Positions 18,866-28,227 are shown, numbered from the stretch's first letter. The stretch: 64,000 bases of DNA from a bacterium BMS3Bbin03 (GCA_002898015.1 BDTM01000035.1:42401-106400); one strand, 5' to 3'. Translations and numbers: made by a program. Notes: a model not told the origin generated them from the sequence alone.

Positions 18866-21800
18866 CTAAAGCCCCCTGCGGCTCAACTGATTTTTGGTTT
18901 TTCGGAGGATCTCCCGGACGGTTTCCATTTGCGATCGCAAAGTTTTAAGAAACGCTTCGCCCGTTTCGAACCCCAGTGCTTTTGCAAGAAAATCCAATTT
19001 TTCCGGTTGTAACGGAATTCTGGCTTTCGGGCGTTCCAGTCCGATGTGAAGATAGGTTTCAATCAAACGGTAGAAATGGTAGCTTTCTCTTAAACGGCCG
19101 GCATCATCCGCAGAAAGAATTCCGCGGTCTGCTAATTTCGGAAGAATGTCTATTGGTGTTCCCCGCCGAATTTCTTCGAATTTCCGTCCGTATTTTAATT
19201 GAAGCGCCTGCGTCAGAAACTCAATATCGACAATACCGCCGGGGCTGTTTTTAAAATCCAGCTCCTTTGAAAATCCCCTGCGGGCTTTCCGGTGGATATT
19301 CTCGAGCATTGAAAAGATCTCTTCAATCTGTTTTCTTTCATACGCTGAATGAAATATGAAGTCTTGCAGAAAAAGCGACAGTTTATCCCAGACGGCGGGA
19401 TTGCCTGCAATCAAGCGCACGCGCAGCAGGGCCTGACGTTCCCACAATTGAGAACGGTTCAGGAGATACTTTTTGTACGAATCGACTGAAATAAGAAGGG
19501 GCGCCTGAGCGCCCTCCGGCCGCAGGCGCGCATCGATTTTATAAAGTTGTCCCCACGGGGTGATCCGGTTGAGTCCGGAAATAAGCTTTTGAAGCACGGC
19601 TTCCTGTGTTTGAAGGGGAGGATCCTTTTCTTCAGCCGTTAGAAAAATGACATCCAGGTCTGAGCCGAAATTGAGCTCCTGTGATCCGAGCTTGCCCAGG
19701 GCTAAAACGGCTGCCGGAAAAGCGCCGCGCCATGCGTGGCCGGTCAACACATGCGACAGAGTCAATTCGAGCGTCCCGTCTGCCAGAGCGGAAAGTTCTC
19801 GAAACGCCTGCTCGGGCGAAACCAGTCCGGCTTCAAACCGAACACCAATCCGGACAAAATGAAAATTCTTGAGCCGGAGCAACTGATTGAACCAGTTTTT
19901 TGCGTTCGTCGACTCCATTCTCTGAGAAAAATCCGTTTTAAATGAGGTTTTTGCAAAAGGCAAATGCAGGTTTTCCACATTCGTTAAAATTGAGAGAAAT
20001 TCGGGAAACAGCCCGAACGACCGGGCAAAAAGCGGCGCTCTTCCGCAAATTTGTGCGAGGAGGGAGAGAAATTTCGGGTTTTCATTCATTAGATTGTACA
20101 GGTTTTGAGGACTTCCGTAAGCGCCTGCCGCGTTTGAAAATTGCAGCAACGCCTGATCCGCGGAGGGCTGCCTCTGAACTTCTTTAAGGAGTTTTGGGAA
20201 AAGAGATTGAAAAGAATGTCCTGCCGCCGGCGTTAACGGTTTTTGACGGCTTCCTTTTAAAAGTTTCTGAATGGCCTGGTGGCTTTGTTCCGCCTTTTTG
20301 AATCCCAGTTCAATGAAATGTGATTTTACAGCGGGTGTCAGCTTTTCGGAGAGCAGAATTTCTTCGGAAAAATCATCCGCTTGCGGGGGCACGGTTTCCC
20401 CCATAATGGAATTGTAAATCTTACCGACTTTTTTAGTGTGAAGATGGACGGCTTTCCGAAAATCCCGTCTATTTTGAAATCCCATTTTCCGGGTAAGAAT
20501 AATGAGTTTCTTCGAATCGGTCGGCAGGAGATGTGTCTGGCGCCAATTTTCAAGTTGAAGATGGTGTTCAATCTTTCTGAAAAAAATGTAAGCCTCTTTC
20601 AGATCGACGGCTTCTGAATCCGTGAGCAGTTTTCTGTAGTGCAGATTCTCAATCGCCTTAAGGGAGTTTGATTCCCGAATATCCGAAAAAATTCCGCCGT
20701 TCATAAGCTGCAGTGCCTGGATAGAAAATTCAATATCCCGGATGCCGCCGTGCCTGAGTTTAATATTGACTTGATCCGTTTGCTGCCCGGCTAATTTTTC
20801 TTCGATGGTACGTTTGATTTCACCGATTTCTTCCAGCGGACTTTTAAAGAATGTTTTCGGATAAACAAAGGCCTGGAGAGCGTTTAAATAGGCGTGTCCA
20901 AATGGAAGATTTCCGGCCACGGGTCGTGCTTTAATCAGCATTTGGCGTTCCCAGAGCTGGCCGCGAAGTTCGTAATAATGCAGATAGCTGGCAAACGATC
21001 GTGCCAGCGGTCCGGAAGCGCCGTCCGGACGGAGCCGCGTGTCCACACGATACAGGGCCTCGCCGTTTGAGAATGTGCTCAGCGTGTGGACAATTTTTTC
21101 GGCGAGCTGATTAAAATATTCGTGAGTGGTAAAGGCTTTTTTCGTGTCGAGGCGCGTTCCCACGCCTTCTTCCGAATAAACAAAAATAATGTCAATATCC
21201 GATGAATAATTAAGTTCTCTGCCGCCCAGTTTTCCTAGGCCGATAATTGAAAAATCTTCTGTTACCGTCCCGAATTTTTTGTTAAATTCCGCTGAATGAA
21301 GCGTCAGCACGGTTTCAACAATCGCGTCCGCCAGATCGGACAGATTTCGTACAGTGGTTTGAAAATTACTCCAGCCCATAATGTCCAATGTGCCGATGCG
21401 AAGGATCTCCCGCCGTTTCAAGCGTTTTAACAGCTCGACTTTTTTCTCCGTCGACGTATATTGGCCGGACATCGTGTTAAATTCCCTGTAAAAAGAATCA
21501 GGGTCAAATTCGATCTGGTTAATTCCGGAAGTGACGAGCCAATAAAAATATTCCGGATGCCGGATCATGATATCGGCGAGATAATTGCTGTGCCCGAAAA
21601 GCGTCAGCAAAATTTCGAGGAAGTGCGGGTACGCCGATAAAAAATGGTAAAACGACGTTTGATTGATGACGGCCTGGGCCATTCTTTCAAAATGATTGAG
21701 GGCCTGGTCCGGGTCAGGAACGGCGGCGAGAATTCGGCCTATTTCTGGCCGGAGTTTTTGGAAGAGAGGCTTGCCAAAAGGATTTGTCTGAAGGCGATCA

Positions 21801-21880
21801 AAATTGGATTTCGCCGAACGGGGATTTTTGAAAATAGTCCAATTCATTATCATTTTAATATACAAAGCATCCGTTGACAA
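18866..21880 (-). CDS. glnE: Glutamine synthetase adenylyltransferase / adenylyl-removing enzyme
   Basis: About 1000 aa. It has two nucleotidyltransferase modules (GLGKLGGRELNYSSDIDIIFV and ALGKLGSQELNFGSDLDVIFL), each with a GlnE-type helical domain. It is convergent with glnD with a 2-nt gap. The start is either TTG at 21880 or ATG at 21853. Confidence 0.8.
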   Translation of the reverse strand: MSTDALYIKMIMNWTIFKNPRSAKSNFDRLQTNPFGKPLFQKLRPEIGRILAAVPDPDQALNHFERMAQAVINQTSFYHFLSAYPHFLEILLTLFGHSNYLADIMIRHPEYFYWLVTSGINQIEFDPDSFYREFNTMSGQYTSTEKKVELLKRLKRREILRIGTLDIMGWSNFQTTVRNLSDLADAIVETVLTLHSAEFNKKFGTVTEDFSIIGLGKLGGRELNYSSDIDIIFVYSEEGVGTRLDTKKAFTTHEYFNQLAEKIVHTLSTFSNGEALYRVDTRLRPDGASGPLARSFASYLHYYELRGQLWERQMLIKARPVAGNLPFGHAYLNALQAFVYPKTFFKSPLEEIGEIKRTIEEKLAGQQTDQVNIKLRHGGIRDIEFSIQALQLMNGGIFSDIRESNSLKAIENLHYRKLLTDSEAVDLKEAYIFFRKIEHHLQLENWRQTHLLPTDSKKLIILTRKMGFQNRRDFRKAVHLHTKKVGKIYNSIMGETVPPQADDFSEEILLSEKLTPAVKSHFIELGFKKAEQSHQAIQKLLKGSRQKPLTPAAGHSFQSLFPKLLKEVQRQPSADQALLQFSNAAGAYGSPQNLYNLMNENPKFLSLLAQICGRAPLFARSFGLFPEFLSILTNVENLHLPFAKTSFKTDFSQRMESTNAKNWFNQLLRLKNFHFVRIGVRFEAGLVSPEQAFRELSALADGTLELTLSHVLTGHAWRGAFPAAVLALGKLGSQELNFGSDLDVIFLTAEEKDPPLQTQEAVLQKLISGLNRITPWGQLYKIDARLRPEGAQAPLLISVDSYKKYLLNRSQLWERQALLRVRLIAGNPAVWDKLSLFLQDFIFHSAYERKQIEEIFSMLENIHRKARRGFSKELDFKNSPGGIVDIEFLTQALQLKYGRKFEEIRRGTPIDILPKLADRGILSADDAGRLRESYHFYRLIETYLHIGLERPKARIPLQPEKLDFLAKALGFETGEAFLKTLRSQMETVREILRKTKNQLSRRGL

Positions 21881-22150
21881 ATCAACAAAGAAGTGCTTTT
21901 TATAAAAAGGAACCTTGCAGATGGTCGGGAATTGAGCAGTTGGTTAATTTATTGTCATATTTTTAACCGAAATTGCACCATTTTAGAACAGTATCCGCAG
22001 TCATCTTTGGAGTAAGCCCATTAAATTGGGTCTAATCCGGGATATTCAAAATTGTAACAAAATTGCAGCAATTTGTAAAATAATGAGTTAACACTTTCTC
22101 TGTCATTGAATTGAAATATTTCTCATTTTTTAGGCGAAATAATAAAATCT

Positions 22151-22165
22151 TGGCATATTGGTTGC
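22151..22165 (+). promoter_or_regulatory. Candidate sigma54 (-24/-12) promoter, TGGCAT-N5-TTGC
   Basis: TGGCATATTGGTTGCT matches the TGGCAC-N5-TTGCW consensus with exact spacing. It lies about 65 nt upstream of the response-regulator ATG at 22230. Confidence 0.35.
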
Positions 22166-22229
22166 TGGATACTAAAGTGAATTTGAGAAAAGAAAGAAAA
22201 CGTAATTTTGCTGAGAGAGGATGTAACCG

Positions 22230-22910
22230 ATGAGAGAAGAGAAAATTTTAGTAGCTGTTGCGAATAACCTTCTCCGAACGAAAATAGCCAGAACACTCAG
22301 GGAAGTCGGATTCGGCGTGGCGGGCGCCAAGGATGGCAAAGATGTCATTGCGCGCGTGAACGAAGCCCTGCCGGTTATCTTATTCATGGATGTGGACTTA
22401 CCGGAAATTTCGGGATGGACCATCTGCAAGGAATTAAAGGATAATCGACTGACACGCCGAATTGGTATTATCTTAAGCGCGTATGAATCCGATGAGAATG
22501 ATCGCGTGAAAGGATTGGAATTAGGGGCCGATGATTTCATCGATTATCCGTTTGGAATGCGGGAAATGCTCGCCCGGGTAAAGGCTTTGTATCGCCGCAT
22601 TCGTTTGGATCGAAATCAAATCAAAGTGCGGGACATTGAAATCGATCTGGACGAGCATCGCGTTAAAAAGGCCGGCCTGCCCATTGATTTAACCTACATT
22701 CAATTTAAATTACTCTACTTGCTGGCATCACGGAGAGAAAATGTCTTCTCACGCCAGGAAATATTGGAGCGGGTCTGGGGGCATAAAATCTATGTCACCA
22801 ATCGAACCGTGGACGTTCACATAAAACGGCTGCGTGAAAAATTAGGCGAAGCAAAGTACCCGTCCAAATATATCGAGACGATTCATGGTGTCGGCTATCG
22901 TTTCATGTAA
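22230..22910 (+). CDS. Atypical OmpR/PhoB-family response regulator (receiver-like domain lacking the acidic pocket and conserved Lys, plus winged-helix DNA-binding domain)
   Basis: 226 aa. The C-terminal winged helix (RTVDVHIKRLREKLG...GVGYRF) is canonical. In the receiver domain, ILVAVANN replaces the usual ILVVDDD, and DYPF replaces (T/S)KPF. The phospho-Asp position is retained (FMDVDLP). Confidence 0.7.
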   Translation: MREEKILVAVANNLLRTKIARTLREVGFGVAGAKDGKDVIARVNEALPVILFMDVDLPEISGWTICKELKDNRLTRRIGIILSAYESDENDRVKGLELGADDFIDYPFGMREMLARVKALYRRIRLDRNQIKVRDIEIDLDEHRVKKAGLPIDLTYIQFKLLYLLASRRENVFSRQEILERVWGHKIYVTNRTVDVHIKRLREKLGEAKYPSKYIETIHGVGYRFM

Positions 22911-22980
22911 AAATAATTAAATGTTTTTGAAAAACTGACGATGATATAATAAATCGATAGAAGTCAAAGATTTTCTTCCT

Positions 22981-23019
22981 CCCAAGGGGCCTTCGGCGAG
23001 AGCCGGGGGCTTTTTTTTA
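22981..23019 (+). terminator. Probable intrinsic terminator (GC-rich structured segment plus T8 run) between convergent genes
   Basis: CCCAAGGGGCCTTCGGCGAGAGCCGGGGGCTTTTTTTT lies directly after the regulator stop codon. The stem is imperfect. Confidence 0.4.
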
Positions 23020-23170
23020 TTGAGACCATTTAAAGAACCAGCCGGGTTATTTCATAAACCGCGGAGTGCGCCGAGGACGCCGAATTATTTCCATTAAGAT
23101 TAATCATAAAAAAGGTAAAAAATTCAGCCGCCAAGCCGCCAAGTCACAGTTGGTTTATTCATGGGCGGCT

Positions 23171-25137
23171 TTACAACTGCTTTTCCACCCATTTTCCAAG
23201 ACCGCCGGCAACAATTAATTCCTGTGCGGCGGTTCCGACGGGACCGAAAGCATATTCTTTTCCAGCAGCCGTCAAGAGGGCTTTTTTGAAATCCAATCTT
23301 GCCCGAATCCCCGTTCGGATGGTGAGTGCTTCGGTGCCAAATTGCTTTTTGAGATCCGTCACCAGCCCGGGTGCTTCGAGCACCAGAAATCCATTGTTAA
23401 TCGCATTCCGTTTGTAGGTTTCACTGAACGAACCCGCCAGTACCAGTTTTATGCCGCCGTATTTCAGCGCTGTGGCCGCCTGCTCCCGGGAACTCCCGGT
23501 GCCGAAATTAAATCCGCCGACCAGAATATCGCCTTTTTTGACAAGGGTTCGAAATTGCGGATCATAATTTTCCATGACCACGCCTGCCTGCTGCTCCGGC
23601 GTAAAATCATCGATGTAAGTGTATTTGCCGGGATAAATCCCGTCCGTATTCAGATTGTCCTGCGGGCAGAAAACCAACTCGCCTTCGATGACGTCCGGGA
23701 AACCGGGAAGAATGGCAATTTCCCGTGCGGCATGCCCGGGCCTTTCGTGATCGATGATAGATGCTTCCGGCTTCAGATCATCAAAATCACCGGGGTAATC
23801 GATTTTTCCGGCGATTGCCGAAGCGGCCACAACCGCAGGAGACGCCAGGTACGCATGCGCTTTGGGCGAGCCCATTCGCCCCTTGTAATTTCGATTGGTG
23901 GCCGAGATCCCGACTTCCCCGTCTTTCAGCAAACCTTCCCCAAGTCCGATGCAGGGGCCGCAGCCCGGCGGGAGGGGAGTGGCGCCGGCGTTTAGGAGTG
24001 TCTGCCAATCGCCGCGCCGGTCACTTTCGGCCTGTACGTCACGGGAAGCGGCCGCAATATAAAATTCGACGCGGGGAGAAATCCGCCTGCCTTTTACGAC
24101 TGCCGCCGCCTCCGCCAGATCACTCACCCGGCTGTTCACACAGGAAACGACGTAGGCCCGGTCAATTGCAACGGCCTTTCTGCGTATTTCCATAATGGGT
24201 GCGGCAATCTTGACCGTGTCCGGTCCGGACACATGCGGCTGAACGGAGTGTAAATCCAGCACAAGCTCTTTTGCGTAAAAAGCGTCTTTATCTGCAGAAA
24301 CAGGCTGGGCTTCCAACGCCTGAATGCGCGTTTCACAAATGCGCGGATGGGCGTCTTTCCAATCGGCATCGGAGGCCACGCCTTCGGGACCGCGTTCGGC
24401 GACAAAAGCGGCGCGTGCACGCAGCCACCGAATGGTTGTCGCATCGATGGGAAACACACCGGCCAGCGCACCCCATTCCGTGGTCATATTGGCAATGGTC
24501 AGGCGCTGATCAATGGCGAGGTTCCCGACACCCTCGCCCGCAAATTCAATGGCATGGTTGAGCACTTCATCGTGATTAAACAATCCCGCCAGCGTCAGGA
24601 TGACGTCCTTGCCGCTTACACCCGGACGAAGGCTTCCGGTGAGAACCACTTTTGCCACAGGCGGAACCTGCCACCACGTTCGGCCGGTTGCCCAGATTGC
24701 CGCCGCATCCGTACGCACGACCGGCGTTCCCAAACAACCCAGCCCCCCGTACATATTCGAATGACTGTCCGAAGCCACCACCAGAGTGCCCGGCCAGGCG
24801 TAGCCCTCCTCCACCATTATTTGATGGCCAATGCCTCTGCCTGCCGGATAAAAATCGCTGCCCATTTCCGCGGCAAACGCTTCGATTTTAGCGTATTTTC
24901 GCCGGTTCTTTTCGCTTTTGTCCTGTATGTTATGATCCAGTGCAAAGACCACCTGCCGGGGGTCCGCCAGTTTTTTCGCGCCGATCGCATGAAATTTCGG
25001 AATCACAGCGCCGGTATTGTCGTGCGTCATGACGTAAGCCGGCCGAATCGATAAGAAATCGCCGCTGTGAACAAGCGTGTCTTTGTCCAGCCCGACGGCA
25101 AAACGCCCGGCAATTTTTTCAATCAAGGTTTGGCTCA
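23171..25137 (-). CDS. Aconitase-family hydro-lyase with fused large (LeuC-like) and small (LeuD-like) domains
   Basis: About 655 aa from the internal Met MSQTLIEKIAGRF. The N-terminal part is LeuC-like (MTHDNTGAV..., Fe-S ligand region GPCIGLGEG...). The C-terminal part is LeuD-like (GGFNFGTGSSREQAATAL). The upstream 49 codons of the longer ORF look non-coding. Confidence 0.65.
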
Positions 25138-25344
25138 TGAAATCGGTCTCCTCTAAAATCTTTTTGATCCTGAATGAAATTTCCGCGAAGATTTGCGCGG
25201 TGAACGCGCACAAAATCCAATGCGGAATTTCGACAGGCATAAATTCATATCGGTTCAATTTAAAACATAAAATGCAAAAAATCAAAAAGAAAAAGCCGTT
25301 AATCCTGCGAATGATTTCTGTTGCTTTTCAGGGGGCGATTCATT

Positions 25345-25412
25345 AAATTAATTAGGAATTAGGAATTAGGAATTAGGAATTAGGAATTAGGAATTAGGAA
25401 TTAGGAATTAGG
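25345..25412. repeat. Perfect 7-bp tandem repeat (AATTAGG) x9, a simple-sequence repeat
   Basis: Nine identical heptamers, read directly from the sequence. They end 9 nt before the GGGAGGG Shine-Dalgarno site of the acetyltransferase gene, in the divergent intergenic region. Confidence 0.95.
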
Positions 25413-25421
25413 GAGGGTGTT

Positions 25422-26006
25422 GTGGAGGAAGCTGTTTATATTCATCCGAAAGCGCTTGTTGAAACCGATACAATTGGCGCACGCACACGCGTCTGGGCTT
25501 TTGCTCATGTGATGAAGGGCGCCGAGATTGGCAGCGACTGCAATATTTGTGATCATTCCTTTGTGGAATCGACGGTCAAAATTGGGAATCTTGTGACGGT
25601 CAAAAACGGTGTGGCCATCTGGGAGAAAGTCACGGTGGAGGACGGGGTGTTTTTGGGGCCGTACTGTGTGTTTACAAATGACATGAATCCGCGTGCCGAG
25701 GTCAAGAAGGGGCCTGCAGGTCTCATTCCCACCCGGATTTGCAGAGGGGCCTCCATTGGTGCCAATGCCACTATCGTGTGCGGCATCACCATTGGCCGAT
25801 ATGCTTTTATCGGGGCGGGGGCGGTGGTGACGAAGGATGTCCCGGACTTTGCGATGGTTTACGGAAATCCGGCCGGAATTCACGGTTATATGTGCGCGTG
25901 TGGCGAGAAAATAGAAACCTTCGGCAAACCCTGTCCGAAGTGCGGACGGATTTACAAAAAAGATGGGGAGAAGGTTGTTTGTGCAGAGGGGTGTCAAGCG
26001 AAATGA
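25422..26006 (+). CDS. Hexapeptide-repeat (left-handed beta-helix) acyl/acetyltransferase with a C-terminal Cys-rich zinc-ribbon tail
   Basis: GTG start 4 nt after GGGAGGG. Hexapeptide repeats are visible (IGSDCNICDHSFV, IGNLVTVKNGVAI, IGANATIVCGITIG, IGAGAVV). The tail is CACGEK...CPKCG...CAEGC. Confidence 0.7.
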   Translation: MEEAVYIHPKALVETDTIGARTRVWAFAHVMKGAEIGSDCNICDHSFVESTVKIGNLVTVKNGVAIWEKVTVEDGVFLGPYCVFTNDMNPRAEVKKGPAGLIPTRICRGASIGANATIVCGITIGRYAFIGAGAVVTKDVPDFAMVYGNPAGIHGYMCACGEKIETFGKPCPKCGRIYKKDGEKVVCAEGCQAK

Positions 26007-26100
26007 TGACTGGGCAAATGCCGTGGAAAACAAATTTTAGCGGCTGCATGAGGCAAACAGTCACAGTGCAGAACGCGATGCAGATCGGGGCTGCGGGAAG

Positions 26101-26598
26101 ATGAAAACGGTGCGGTCGCTCGCGTTGGGCGGTATTCTTGCGGCTCTTTACGCGGCGCTGACAATTTTGTTTGCTCCGATTAGTTACGGCCCTTTACAGG
26201 TGCGGGTTTCGGAAGCGCTCACCGTGCTGCCGTTTTTAACACCGGTGGCGATTCCGGGGCTTGCCGTCGGCGCCCTGCTGGCCAATATTTTTGGCGGATT
26301 TGGCCCCTGGGATATTATCGGAGGGAGCTTTTTAACCTTAATCGCCGCTTATGTAACCCGCCTGACGGCCAAAACGGGGAAACCCTGGCTGGCTCCGGTT
26401 CCGCCGATTCTGATCAATGCTTTTGGGGTAAGCGCTTATTTGCAATTTTTGGTAACGGGCTTTCAACCCGGGATTAAAACCTATTTCTATTTTGTAGTCA
26501 CCATCGGCCTGGGAGAATTGATTGCGTGTTTCGGGCTCGGATATCCGCTGCTGCGCTTTTTGATGAAGAAGAAATTGTTTGTTAAAAATAATGCGTGA
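26101..26598 (+). CDS. QueT-like small membrane transporter (queuosine-precursor transporter family)
   Basis: 165 aa with 5-6 transmembrane helices and Gly-rich helices. It resembles the QueT/ECF-S-like family. Low certainty. Confidence 0.45.
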   Translation: MKTVRSLALGGILAALYAALTILFAPISYGPLQVRVSEALTVLPFLTPVAIPGLAVGALLANIFGGFGPWDIIGGSFLTLIAAYVTRLTAKTGKPWLAPVPPILINAFGVSAYLQFLVTGFQPGIKTYFYFVVTIGLGELIACFGLGYPLLRFLMKKKLFVKNNA

Positions 26599-26687
26599 AT
26601 CCCCTGTCCCGGGAGCGGTCATTCAGGATTTTTGAAGCGGATGAGCCTATTGTCAGAAATAATCTCATACAAAATTTTAAGGTCACT

Positions 26688-27770
26688 ATGACAAAAACAA
26701 AGCACACTTTTGTAGATCGACGGGATTTTCTCAGGAAAAGCTTCGTGGGGATGGCATCCGTTCCGCTTTTATCACTCCGCACTTCGGAGAAGAATCATTT
26801 CTCAAAAAGCCGGCCGTTGATAAAACCACCGCGATTGCAGAACGGGGACACCATTGCACTGGTCACACCTGCCAGCGGACCGTTTGAGTCCAGCACGATT
26901 TGGAAAACACGCGTTCGCCTGCAAAATCTTGGCTTTCGTGTGAAACTGGGAAAACACATTTCCGAGAATTACGGGTATCTCGCCGGATCGGACCGGGATC
27001 GGGCCGAAGACTTACACACGATGTTTAAAGATTCTTCCGTTCGTGCGATTGTGGCACTGCGCGGCGGCTATGGCTCCGGGCGTTTGCTGAACCATCTGGA
27101 TTTTGAGCTGATTCGGAACCACCCCAAAATACTCATCGGCTACAGTGACATTACATCGCTCCTGCTGATGGTTTACAAGCTTTCCGGACTGGTGGTTTTC
27201 CACGGACCGGTGGGTGTTTCCGATTTTACCGATTATACACAGAAATATTTCCGGATGATGCTTTCATCAACAAAAGCGGCCGGGCCTATTGATTTTCCGG
27301 AGCCGGAGGATCCCCTCCTGCCGGCGAACCAAACCTGGCCCATTCATGGGGGACGAGCCGCCGGCCGAGTGGTAGGCGGCAATCTGACCCTGGTTTGCGC
27401 CAGTCTGGGAACGCCGTATGAAATCGAAACAAAGGGAAAACTTCTTTTCCTGGAAGATACTGAAGAAGAACCCTATTCCCTTGACCGCATGTTTACACAA
27501 TTGGATAACGCCGGGAAACTGGACGAAGCGGCGGCGATTGTTCTGGGGCACTGTGAAAAGTGCGGCCCCCGTGATTTTAAGCCCGGGTTCGATCGTACAT
27601 TAAGCGTGGAAGAGGTGTACCGCGATCGTCTGGGGCATCTTAAAAAGCCGATTTTAGCGGATCTTCCCATCGGCCATCTCCACGATAAAATCACCGTCCC
27701 TCTGGGAATCCGGGCCGCGGTAGATGCCGATAAACGGCAATTTATTTTTGAAGAAGCGGCGGTCTCCTGA
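26688..27770 (+). CDS. LD-carboxypeptidase (peptidase S66, LdcA/MccF family) with a twin-arginine (Tat) signal
   Basis: The Tat motif is DRRDFLRKSFVGMASVPLL. The S66 catalytic region is GDTIALVTPASG...GYSDITSLLL (nucleophile Ser), and a conserved C-terminal His region is present. The start was set at MTKTKHT. Confidence 0.7.
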   Translation: MTKTKHTFVDRRDFLRKSFVGMASVPLLSLRTSEKNHFSKSRPLIKPPRLQNGDTIALVTPASGPFESSTIWKTRVRLQNLGFRVKLGKHISENYGYLAGSDRDRAEDLHTMFKDSSVRAIVALRGGYGSGRLLNHLDFELIRNHPKILIGYSDITSLLLMVYKLSGLVVFHGPVGVSDFTDYTQKYFRMMLSSTKAAGPIDFPEPEDPLLPANQTWPIHGGRAAGRVVGGNLTLVCASLGTPYEIETKGKLLFLEDTEEEPYSLDRMFTQLDNAGKLDEAAAIVLGHCEKCGPRDFKPGFDRTLSVEEVYRDRLGHLKKPILADLPIGHLHDKITVPLGIRAAVDADKRQFIFEEAAVS

Positions 27771-27979
27771 AGCCGAATTATTTGCAGGATGAGGAACCCG
27801 TAAAACACACGCCGGAAACTGAACAACGCCTCGTCTGAACGCCTCCCCTCTTCGACGTTTACCGGTTCATTTGAAATGGTTTAAAATTCATATCTTTCAT
27901 TTGCGGTCCGGTGATTTTACGGCTGAATCGTGACGTTTTTTCTCATGAAAAATGCCTGTTAAAAATTCTAATTTAATGC

Positions 27980-28007
27980 TTGACATTGGAAAAAAAAATC
28001 TTATATT
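27980..28007 (+). promoter_or_regulatory. Sigma70-like promoter, TTGACA-N16-TATATT
   Basis: TTGACATTGGAAAAAAAAATCTTATATT has a consensus -35 and a near-consensus -10. It lies about 240 nt upstream of the outer-membrane-receptor gene. Confidence 0.4.
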
Positions 28008-28179
28008 ATTAGTGAAATTAAGAAATTGTCATAAAATTACCTGCTCGATAGTATAAAGAAATCTTTAAGGTGACAGATCTTTCCGAAGTTTAAGCGTTCA
28101 ATTCTTGAGGGAATTTTTAAAGCAAATTCAATTGCCGGGGAACGGGGTTTTTTAGTTCATTGCTTTTCAGGAGGAGGTG

Positions 28180-28227
28180 ATGAATCTTTCCTTTTTTTAT
28201 TCTGCTGTATTCTATTTCATGATTTAA
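28180..28227 (+). CDS. 15-codon leader ORF (MNLSFFYSAVFYFMI) with a strong Shine-Dalgarno site
   Basis: AGGAGGAGGTGATG is followed by 15 codons (4 Phe, 2 Tyr) and a TAA stop. It ends 20 nt before the GGAAGGAGGT site of the downstream outer-membrane-protein gene. Confidence 0.3.
   Translation: MNLSFFYSAVFYFMI

Noticed and set aside
23342-25054. Several plus-strand ORFs (217, 235 and 144 aa) opposite the aconitase-family gene
   Set aside because: They are Arg/Pro/Gly-rich antisense frames of a GC-rich gene with strong homology. I judged them non-coding.
25345-25412. CRISPR array or telomere interpretation of the AATTAGG repeats
   Set aside because: The units are 7 bp and contiguous with no spacers, so this is not CRISPR. 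Bacterial chromosomes do not need telomeric TTAGG arrays. It is best explained as a microsatellite.
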